Source: Hydrurus foetidus
Lineage: Eukaryota
Reading direction: 5' to 3'
Length of the DNA stretch: 64,000 nt
Assembly (NCBI GenBank): GCA_900617105.1
Contig: UYFQ01000083.1
Location: forward strand, 62,001 to 126,000
In this document: piece by piece, positions 13,236-24,154 of the stretch
Position numbering within the stretch: the first letter of the stretch is position 1
Layout of the letters: every line of letters begins with the position of its first letter
The notes under the pieces: model-generated
What the model was told of the DNA's origin: nothing
The model's input: only the letters and a program-made list of their open reading frames with translations
Database searches by the model: none
Program-made: the position numbers and the translations under genes

Positions 13236-13982
13236 CCAGTGGGCAACGAAGCGTGTGGTATGCAAGAAAACGTGGTAACCGACCCCTCGGGAACCCCCAT
13301 AACTTTCTCAATAATGCTTCAAATGCATTTTTGAAAAAGTTGTAACTAGCAATTCGACTGCCTCTCATTCACTCCTAAATTTTGAAATTTTCTTAATGAC
13401 GTGCTATATTCTCAAATCGACAAATACAGGAAATGGCACTTCTCAAATTTCATTGTCCAGAATTTTCCAACACTTTTTAGATAGTGCATCGTGTACAGAA
13501 TGCTTTACTTAGTCATTAGCCGCGACGGTTTTATTTGACTCTCGATACTCATTGAGATGCAATGATTTATGTGGTGAAATTTCAGTGATTTCTGCTAACA
13601 AAACGTAAAATATTCGTGAAATACGGAAATTTTCACTGAAATTTCACCACATAAATCATTGCATCTCAATGAGTATCGCGATTCAAATAAAACCGTCGCG
13701 GCTAATGACTAAGTAAAGCATTCTGTACACGATGCACTATCTAAAAAGTGTTGGAAAATTCTGGACAATGAAATTTGAGAAGTGCCATTTCCTGTATTTG
13801 TCGATTTGAGAATATAGCACGTCATTAAGAAAATTTCAAAATTCAGGAGTGAATGAGAGGCAGTGAATCGCTTGTTACAACTTTTTCAAAAATGCATTTG
13901 AAGCATTATTGAAAAAGTTATGGGGGTTCCCGAGGGGTCGGTTACCACGTTTTCTTGCATACCACGTTACGTTGCCCACTGG
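13236..13982. mobile_element. Palindromic foldback / MITE-like non-autonomous DNA transposon, 747 bp
   Basis: Left arm 13236-13588 (ccagtgggcaac...tttcagtga) is the near-perfect reverse complement of right arm 13633-13982; 44-nt spacer; CACA directly flanks both sides (13232-13235, 13983-13986). Confidence 0.9.
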
Positions 13983-14424
13983 CACAGGAGGATTACAGAA
14001 TACAAAATAGAAAAAAACAAAAAACAAAAAACCCTGTTTTGTCATGTACGCCGGAGGATTCTATTTACAAAATCATTTTTTTCCTTTTTCCCGATCATCC
14101 ATGAATGCAAATGACAGAAAAAAGAAAAACGCCTACGATTCTCCAAAGCAGATAGCTTTGATAAAATTATATCGACCAGTCATTAAGTCACAATATATCA
14201 CAGACAAGTCAACTTTTCAACCATGGACAACGAACTCACGATTCGCGACTGCACTGATGAGGCTGGCAACTTCGATGCCGAAAAGTTCAATGCTTACTTA
14301 CAGGAAGCAGCGGGACTCATTTTTTGATGAAAGTACAGAATTTTCCACCAAATTTTGCAGAATTGGTACTAAATTTACAGAAAAAATGCCAAAAAATTAA
14401 CGGATTTATTTTAAAGGTATTTCA

Positions 14425-14600
14425 ACGACGTCGAAAAAGATTAAAAAAATGTATCTTTAGAGACAGAGACTAGTAAACTAGAGCTTTGAAGAGAGGAGGC
14501 AATTTGGAGAAGGATAGTACCGAAAGAAGCATGTTCGGATTTCATTTTTGAATTGACTTGAAAGTTTTCGATACAATTCCATTTTTTAGGACTTGGTTGC
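14425..14600 (+). mobile_element. Possible decayed PIF/Harbinger-type transposase fragment
   Basis: Stop-interrupted frame RDRD**TRALKRGGNLEKDSTERSMFGFHF*IDLKVFDTI resembles the N-terminal FxxxFRhxxxxFxxI motif of Harbinger transposases if TGA derives from CGA. Short and weak. Confidence 0.2.
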
Positions 14601-15585
14601 ATGCCAATGACACTACTGCAAGACAAGACATGACATCCTAGTGCCGCTTTCTGCGCGCTGCAATGCTCTCGAAAACTAGATCCTGTAAAATTACTACTAC
14701 TTCGTTGAATTTGGTTAATTTTTTTTATTATTTTTTAGTACGAGTACGGTTTATTCTAGTACGTAGGTCATTTTATTTACCCGTGCGTGCGTGGTATTTT
14801 GTTTTCCGTTGAGGTGAGTTTTTCGTACGTACGTGAACAATACACCGTACGTGCTGACCATGCTTCTTCCTTTTTGTGTTCCTAGTAGCGGAAGTAAACA
14901 TCTCAGCACCCAGCAAACCCTCCTCATGGTATCTGTGATACCTTCCGCTATCGAGGCTACCAGCCGTTTAACTCCCTCTGCCTTTTCTCTCTTCTCTGTG
15001 CGGTACACAGACATTCTCTCGATCTACAATCCTAAAAGACAACAACATCATTAGTGCCCGTAACTGTACAGCCTTACGGAAATTCCAGATTACTTTGATC
15101 GGATCAAAAAATTAAGAGCTGTTGAAATTGAGATTATTACTGTTGAAGTCACGCCATGATAATGAAGTTAATGATTCTAATACTTCAAAAAGGCCTTTCG
15201 ACTTAATAACTATCATACGATAATATGCAGGAATCTCAGCTGGAAGAGATATAAAAAATAAATACAAAAAGAAACACAAAAAATGGACGCAAAAAGTGTA
15301 TACAAAAAAGAATACAAAATCAAATGAAGTAGAATCGAATGTTAGCGGTTCAAACTCCGGTTAAGAAACGTAATAAAAATCCTATTTCCGTATAGATAAA
15401 TTGTATTCCTGGATAAGGTGTATCATAGCGGGTTATGTTCTGCCTTACTAGAGACATTATAAACGACTCAAAGGATGAAACAGAAGTGACTCCGAATAAA
15501 ATTCCTTAAACAATTCCGGGACAAATCAACCCCAGCACAAATAGCCCCATTTCTACCCCTTCAAATCTCTCAGCCCAGTCGGTGA

Positions 15586-17765
15586 TTACACACCCTGACA
15601 GTGTTCCCAGTCAAAATTGTCAAATACGTAGTCGTTGCCAGTGACGTCATTAGGATCCAGTCCTCTGTAGAACTCCCAGTTCGAAATCACTCCGTCTCTG
15701 TTCACATCAGATGCCTCTGTGAGAGAGAAGAGGTGAGGGGTGCGTGAGGGAAGTGGAGAGGAGGGGGTGAGAGGGGAGGGGGAGAGGAATGTAAGAGGAT
15801 AGGGGAGAGGAGAGGAGAGGAGAGGAAAGGGAGGTGAGGAGAGAGAGGAGGGGGACGAGGGATGGGAGGGGAGAGGGATGTAAGATGTGGGAGATGGAGG
15901 ACGAGTACTGATGAGATGAAAGATGGAAAAGGAGAACAGGGGGAGAAGATAGAGTGAGACAGAGAGGAAGAAAAGGGAAAGGTGAGATGGACAGGAATGG
16001 GAATGGAAGGGAGGGAGGGAATGGAGGATGGAATAATAGGGAGGAGAAGGAAGGGGGTGGGTAATGGGTAGGGTGAGTCATGATAGAAGTGGGTAGGATG
16101 GGATGGGATGGGGTAGGATGGGATGGGGTGGGTGATAGAGAGGAGGGTAAGATGAATTAGAGATGAGAGGATGATGTGGGGGTATAAAGGAGGGAGGGCA
16201 GGGTAGGTTACAAACGAGAGGATACCATTTAATAGAGGAGAGTTGGTGGGATGATTTAGAGAGGAGGGAGGGGTAGGCTGTTCTGTTTTATTCTGTTTTA
16301 CTTTGCTTGGTTTTGCTACATTGTAAAATGCTACAACAAGCAGTGCCATGATTGACATAGCAAATCATACAGTACACTTTCAAAGTTTGATCACAAACAC
16401 GGCCACTTCGAATAAAAACATAGAGAGTGAGTGAGAAGACATCGCCTACCTGTGTTGAAAGAATAGAACGAATATTCGAGCCACGTTTCATTGGCTGCTC
16501 CCCATTTTGAGAACGTTCCATTGCCCATTGTAGTGTGTCCTGTGAGTCGCTTCGCGGACAGCAATCTGTACAATGTAGGTGTGTGTTGGTGAGAATGAAT
16601 CGGTGCATTAAGATTGTTTGATTCCTATGAATTGAATTGAATTGAATTGAATTGAATTGAATTGAATAGAATTGAATTGAATAGGATTCAACAATAATGA
16701 TTACAGTGATCTATAACATTATAGGTGCATGCATATCGTACACTGCGTAAAGACAGAAAAAGAAAGCAATGCATGTATCAATAATCTAATACATTAGTAT
16801 CAATTTCGTACGACTAAATCCGACCATATAAAATCCGGCTAAATCAGACAGTCTTCTTTCTCTCACCTTTCAATAGCGGGATGTATTAACCAAAAAGTGA
16901 TATCGGCAGTCGAAGCTGATTCGATCATTTCCCCCTGTAATTTAGTACATCATTAAGTTATGAGAGGTGTTGGGTATGTGTGGTGTGAACGCATTTTTAT
17001 TTTATTTTTTTGCGTTTGAATCGTGATTGAGTGTTGAGGATATGATGAGATTATCATCTGGCAGCAAAATAGATGAAATTGCATCTAAATTAGATCTCAA
17101 AATAAGTATTTTCACCTTTCAAGCTCAGTTTAGCATGATAAGATGGAGTGCAGGGCAAGAGAACAAGACTAGCCAGAAGAAGAGATGAGAAAAAAGGTGA
17201 AGTAAAAGAGGGCATTCAAGGTGTTAAATCAACATGTTGATTTGTCACTGTAAGTACTCAACGCTTCATCTGAATCGTACAGTACACGCAGATAAACACA
17301 CGTGCGTACTATATACAGGACATTATCACTACTCACATATCGTAACTGTCAGAAGACCACCTCTTCACATGCACTACATCTAACTCACTCATTCACTCCC
17401 TTCCTCACGAACTCACCCACACACCCACACACACACGCTTTTACACACACACTCTCATGTGCACACACACAACGTTCAATACACTACTATATTCCCTCAC
17501 CTCGATAATGGTTGTTTTCGTCATCAACTCCACCATATCTTCCAGCATTTCATCGGGAAACATATACCGGAATACGGCTCGATTATCTTCACGATTAAGG
17601 AGACATGGGAACAAGTTTTCCCAGTCAGTTTCGCCGGTTCTAATAGCATCCACCTGTGTAGAGGAATGTAGGAGAGTGATGGAGAGTACCCATTTGAGGT
17701 TGTTGGTATTGAGAGACGTGTGAGAAGGTGTGGAGAGAGTGGGAGCGCAGAGAGAGGGACAGATG

Positions 17766-17799
<34 letters not shown>

Positions 17800-20700
17800 A
17801 AGAAAGAATGAAAGAAAGAGAGGGAGTGGAAGAGAGGGAGCTCAAGAAGGGAAGGAGGAGGAAGAGGAGAGGAAGATTGCAGATTGAATTAGATAAAGAA
17901 TGAGAGAGGAGAGAGGTGGGAGAGTAAGAGAACGAAGCAGACTCAGAAGGCGTTATGAAGACAGGCATGATTTACTTTCCTGTTGTGTGTTGTATCATTT
18001 TAACAATAGCGCAGAAGCTGTCCCAATGAAAATAAAAAGTGGGCACATACAATAGTACAAACATTCGTACGTAGCAACAATAGCAACAAATAAAATAATG
18101 TAACATAAAATGACATAACATGACACGACACGACACGACACGACACGACACGACACGACACGACACGACATAGCTTGCCTTGCATGCGCAATCTTGAATT
18201 GACATATTAGCCTCACACGAGTCGGGACATTTCAACAGGCCGGGCGTACCGTCTACCGCGCACATGTGTGACCGCCAGAAGGACCGGTAGATGTGGAAGG
18301 ACTCACCCATGATCTGTGTTTCGAACTGAAGGCGGATAAGGTGGTAACAGGAGATGAGGGGAGGGGTCAGGGGGAGTGATCAGTGTTTCAAACTGGTAAG
18401 TGGGGACTTCATATAGTGGCAATAGGGGAATGGGGGGCAGGGTGGATGAGGTTGAGATAGGGGGGATGGGGTAAGAGGGAGGGAGACACTGTATGGGAGA
18501 GAATGCACAGGCAGGGAAGAGGGGGGGGGGGAATGGGATAATTTGGTTGAAGGGGAATGGGATAGAGTCGGATATCGTGTGAGAAAAAATCCAAATAGAC
18601 TGGTAGGGTGAAAGAGTGGAGTGAGGGGAAGTGAGATAGCGTGTGAGACAGACTGCAAGAGCAGGGATCATCAGTTTCAGAACATCTGTTTCAGCAAGAC
18701 GAATCCAACTAAACAAAATTCTCCTCACGTATTCAAAAGGATTAAATACAACACAATACATCATAATGCGGAGTAGGTAGATCTTATCAACCTCAACTTG
18801 TGGAAGGAAATTAGACCATTTAGATACTCCCAGTCAGAGATAAATAGCTCACTCCTCTCTGTTCATTTCCATTCAATTCAATTCGACTCTCTACTTCCTC
18901 CTCTACTTTTCTCTCATCTCCCCTCTCCTCTCTCCGCTCCACTGCACTCTCCTCCTCCCCCATTCTCTCTCCTCTCTTCTCCTCTCCTTCCTCTCCTCTC
19001 TTCCCTCCATTCTCTTAGAAGTAACGTACATAACGTACCAACTCTCTCCTTGGCGCCTCCAATCCATAGATCCATAGCTTGTCAGAAAAATTGGCAGCAA
19101 AACTCTCCGTTATATTGGCGTCGAGGATGTCCTTCCATTTGGCCGTAAATGCGGTGTAATCCGCCTCGCATGTCCCCCACACCCCTCCGATCTTATTGAC
19201 AGGAGAAGAAGTAATGAATGACTTAGATTACAAGCAAGATAATAAACAAGATAATAAATAAGATAATAAATAATACAATAAATAAGATAATAAATAGAAT
19301 AGATAAGATGATAAACAATATCACGGGTACGTATGTGCTAGTTTTATTCAGGTAGAATATTGGATACTTGAATTACATGTACGTACGACACATCATGTGT
19401 GGTAAGTACGAGCAACCATATATATATGTACGTACGTACCTGTACGTGCATAGGACCATGCCCGTCCCCAGCTGAATTTAATTGAAACTCACCAAGGGAT
19501 GGAGACTTTAACACTGTGATGAAAAGGAATGAAATGAAACAAGATTAGTGCAAGACACCCTTTTTCTCTTCTGTTCTTCTTCTCTTCTCTTCTCTTCTCT
19601 TCTCTTCTCTTCTCTTCTCTTCTCTTCTCTTCTCTTCTCTTCTCTTCTCTTCTCTTCTCTTCTCTTCTCTTCTCTTCTCTTCTCTTCTCTTCTCTTCTTC
19701 TTTCTTTTCAAAAGGAAAAAAAAAAAATTATAGAAAACAGAAATTATATCATCAAGAAAAAAAGAAAAAAAGAAAAATGAATTAGAAGTATTATAATTAG
19801 TTTTTAAAATTTTTTTAATTATTATTTATATTAATTATCATTTTAATTATTATTTCTTTATTATTTTAATTATTATTTTATCCGGTTATTCACCTTCTAG
19901 ATGGCTGGAGCAAGTCGGAATGATTTTCCTAAGCGGCTCCACTCCACATGTTGAGAACAATTTACGGGACACTTCTGTGCTTGAAAACGGTTGAATCCGG
20001 TTAGATATGGGTTGATACGGTATATTGTGTCGGATATTTGTGGGCATGTCGTAGTATAAAAATGTAAAATGGACTTATAGATTATTACCAAAGCAGAATA
20101 AAATGATACTATTTTGTACCAGAAAATCTCAGATGGAGTAGTGATAATAAGCACCCCACACGGTCCCACACCATACTAAAAAATAAAAAGCAAAAAATGG
20201 CGAACGTTCCTCGGTTTTTGCATTTTTTAGTATGGTGTGGGGCCGTGTGGGGTGATCGATTTCACCACCACTCCATCTGAGTTTTTTTGGAAAATAGTAT
20301 CATTTTATTCTGCTTTGGTAATAGCAGGACTGCGATAAGATTGACATCATGTTATAGGTGAAATGCGTAAAATGAAAGGAAGGAAACATGAAATAAATGG
20401 AATGACCTCAACATTAGAATTAAGAAAAAAGTTCCTATCTCGAAAAATCCTATCAAGAAAAATTCTCATAAAAAATAATCATCCAGTACTAAAATAAAAA
20501 TAATTCATCAAAGTCATTCTGCATGTCTGAGCTGTGCTATCCAAATATACGTTCGACATGAGAAGTATTTGAACTCCTTCTTCTGTACTAATTACACACA
20601 CTTTTAAAGGAACTATTTTCTCTATTACACAATCATTCCTACGCGTCATCACCTTACTTCGTACCAAATTCTTCATAATCATCACCAAATTATTTTTTGT

Positions 20701-23308
20701 ACCATCATAATCCTAACCTCCTCAACTCTGCAACAAAAAAATCCCACATCACACGCATTTACAATCTAGAATCTAAAGTCCAGGGTCCGTACCTGGGTCC
20801 GGATTGTTGTTCCAATAAGATCGGATAAAGCCGTAACTGTTCCGCACACCAGATGTAGTGTTCAGCTGGCGAGGCATCAGCGTATGTGCCCATCTGTAAC
20901 GTCCCATCATGCGTATGGATGTGCGGAGATATATGTCAAATAAAATGCTTTCGCAGTAGAAGTGAAGTGAGAACAGTAAGAATTAAATGTAAGAAAGGAG
21001 AAATTGAAGGAGTTGAGAAATAGATTTTGGAGGTAGTGTTCCATTGCGTACTTGTGGTGTTAGAGGAGCCGAAGAGTTATTCTTGGTTGGAGAGGTAATT
21101 GGAGATGGAGTGACTGGGGGAAAAAAGTGCTGAGGAATGCAATGGGGTAGAGCTGAGAAAAAAACGAAACAGAAGTGAGATTGGTGATTGTATAAAAAAA
21201 GAAAATGTAAGAAATCAGGGGGGACAAAGAAAGAGAGAAAGATGGGAATACGGATAGCATAAAACAGAAAAATAAATCTGAATGAAAATGAAAAATGGAA
21301 AAAAGGCAAATAGACAGCTTTTACATGAAAAAATTAAGTGCTTCGCACCTAGAATCTGCGATATGGTTGAAGCTATCAACAGAGCCGAACCAAGTATCAG
21401 AGAAAATAGGCGTGACCTCCATCATATAAGAGGGTCTCTCTCCTTTCAGCAGTATCTCTTCTCCTTCTATGGTGAAGTCCCAGTAAGGGAGAGTGACGGA
21501 TGGATCGATAGATCGGAGAGAGGCTTCGAAAGTGTTCGTCAGAGCGAGGTGATGAGTCAGAAATCCTGACCCTTTAGTAAAAATAAAAGAGAAGAGAAGA
21601 AATAGAGAAGAGAAGATAAGATAAGAGAACAGGTAAGAAGAAAATAGAACGTGATAAGAAAAAAGAATGAGAATAGAACAGAATAGAAAAAAAAAGGATT
21701 ATTGAATAGAACGGAATAAGATAGAATAGAGCCGAATTTGATGGAGTGCTGTAACGTGTCGAAATTTTGTGATCGGATTTGAAATAATACGGAAAAACAA
21801 GTGTAGCGACATGTTAAGAATATTCATTGATTAGATCGGAGCGGATTCTGTACATCAAAACAGAATAAAACAGCGCGTGTGACCCCCATGAATAGATTGG
21901 AGGAGACTTTGTGTTTATACACACCTTCGTGGAAGCTATCGCACATGATATCATTCGAAGCCAAGGAATGCACTGCTACGAACTTCTCGATGGAGGTGTA
22001 ATTCTCTCCATACTTAGCCAGTCCCGCACTGGTGTTGTACTGCCACATTACGATTGCTGCGTTGAGAAACTTTTCTCTGTCTGCTTCAGTGAGACTACGC
22101 AGTTCTCGTTTCACGAATCTGGAAGAATTTCCGTATTTTTGGGAGGCATTTTTATGAGGAATGAAGAGGTAAGTTATCCAGCAGCTACGATAATGCTTCG
22201 TGATAAAGCGTTTCATACAAAAGAAGTATCAGAGATCTATCTCTCATAGTAATAGTAATCTACATAGTCGTTGATGAGGTCAAGAGAAACAAGAAACAAA
22301 AGAAAGCAGTCAGAAATCAGAATATACAGCGACGATAAAAGTTTACTCATTTAGAAGCAGAACGATCAACATCGCAATATCAATTTGACGCTTCAAATAG
22401 AGTCCAAATCCGAGTAAGACAAGTCAGTACAAGGCTTGTATTTCTGATACGATGCATTTAAATGCTGGACCCAGACCACCACAAAACAGCAAACGACAAT
22501 ACACTCCCACTTTTTACAGTTCATTTGCACATATAAAATTCTTCTAAAGAAAAAGTGTGAATGCGCTGTCATTTATAGTTGCGTGGTTGTCTGGGTTCAG
22601 CATTAAAGTGCATCAAATCAAATCATCAATAAATCAAAACACTGGCGTGAGCCCAGAGACAGCTTCAACATGCGTTCAATGTCATTAAGAGATGAAACTC
22701 ACTCACTTTGAAATAAGCCGTGTGTGATATGTGTAGATAGCTGCTGAAGAATCACCAGATATGAGATAGGCATTTATTGTGATGTTATGTATGTTCGGCT
22801 CTGCGAAAATTATCGTTTGAGATTTCGCTGCATTACGATCATATTCGCCATCGAAATCACTTATAATCCATTCGAAAGAATACAGTTTGCTGTCTGCTGC
22901 TGAGCCTGATAGTGTTAGAATTGATTCTTTATATGGTTCCACCAGTTGTGTTCCTAAGACTTCTGACATCCATGGGTAAGGAGCTGAGAATGTTCCGTAC
23001 TCGTTCGAAGCGATAAGACTGATAGCATCAGATGCATCCTCTCCAGTTGCAATAATTTGAGAATCGGATACTGTTGAATATTTTTTCTCGTTTGATTTCA
23101 TGTGTGCTGCATTGAAGAGGAGGAACAGAATCGTTGAGAAAGATACTGCTAACATAATTGACATCCAAAAGAAATATCTGGACTTTTTCTTGGAGTCAAC
23201 AGGACGGGATGTAGATGATGACGGCACCCTATCGTAGAGCATAGTCTTCCAGTCTTCCTGTACGACAGGATTTGAATGTTGGGAAATTTCATTCTGGGAG
23301 CCATACAT
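15586..23308 (-). CDS. Tyrosinase-family (type-3 copper) protein with N-terminal membrane anchor, multi-exon
   Basis: Exon 23308-22707 with TM YFFWMSIMLAVSFSTILFLLF; VKRELRSLTEADREKFLNA; CuA VAVH..CDSFHEG-SGFLTHHLAL..SLRSIDPSVTLPYWDF (~22118-21380); RSYWNNNPDP; CuB GDGHGPMHVQ-IGG (~19446-19465); SASTADITFWLIHPAIER (~16866-16935); last exon NDYVFDNFDWEHCQGV* ending 15586. Confidence 0.85.
16628..16682. repeat. (AATTG)n microsatellite, intronic
   Basis: Direct tandem array. Confidence 0.9.
18122..18169. repeat. (CACGA)n microsatellite = (TCGTG)n on gene sense strand, intronic
   Basis: Direct tandem array. Confidence 0.93.
19579..19696. repeat. (TTCTC)n microsatellite, intronic
   Basis: Direct tandem array. 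Confidence 0.96.
20083..20323. mobile_element. Intronic MITE, ~240 bp, long imperfect inverted arms, TA at both ends (Tc1/mariner-like TSD)
   Basis: tattaccaaagcagaataaaatgatactatttt...ctcagatggagt...ccccacacgg.cccacaccatactaaaaaat mirrored by attttttagtatggtgtgggg.ccgtgtgggg...actccatctgag...aaaatagtatcattttattctgctttggtaata. Confidence 0.85.
22451..22614. mobile_element. Older degenerate intronic MITE-like inverted repeat, ~165 bp
   Basis: gatgcatttaaatgctggacccagaccaccac versus reverse complement of gtggttgtctgggttcagcattaaagtgcatc (32-nt arms, 4 mismatches). Confidence 0.6.
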
Positions 23309-24154
23309 AGTACTCCACTTAATGAACAAAGCCGTTCAACATGAGAAGTCTCGCTCTTTTCAGTTCAGCGCTGAGCCAATTACTTTCCTTTAGAGAGATT
23401 CGAATCACAAGCGAGCACCTTTACCTCGCAAAGTTGAAGGAGTGCTACTACTGATCTCGATAAGTGTCACTACGAACCACGAAGAGGACAGAGGGTGTTC
23501 AGGTTCATCTTCAGCGTTCAATGAAAATTTGAAAGCTTTCCGAGAAACTCTACGTTATAATTCGGTATACTATACCGGAGATTGGCACAACTCAACTGTT
23601 GATCGTATCGTTCGATATGGACCCTTTGCAGGGTCACATCGTCAGATCAATTCCCCTCACATCGTCTATTTGTCAAATAGATAGAGTGATTTGACTCTAT
23701 TTAGATAGAGTCAAATCGAGCTGCTCCTGGTTTTTCGAGACTTTTAGTAATAACTGGAGACCACAGAACGTGCGAACGGACATTTTATATGAATGAAACA
23801 ATGAAGCCAATTAGATATGGTCGAGGGTTGAATGTATATCCCTCATAATCTACAAAGACCTTCTATCTTTAACCCTTTAACAACCTTAAGATTTCGATGG
23901 CAAGTAGGATTCCAGTAGATCAATCCCAGCTGCAGTAAAAATCTGGGATTTTGGGATTGATTCTGGGTGTTTTTTAATACGGTTCCCCACCGCCCTGCCA
24001 AAATTGGATGCAAAATCTGTCAGACTGCTATAGCGTAAGGCGCAGCGCGCAGCAGGTCCGTAGGTACGACTGAGGTTCAATTTCCGCCAATTACTCTCCT
24101 CTCGTTCCTGACGCGCGGCATAAAACTTTGTGTACTGAAGTCGCTAGAAAATTA

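Noticed and set aside
15345..15362. tRNA B-box-like ggttcaaactcc
   Set aside because: No cloverleaf, acceptor stem or A-box around it
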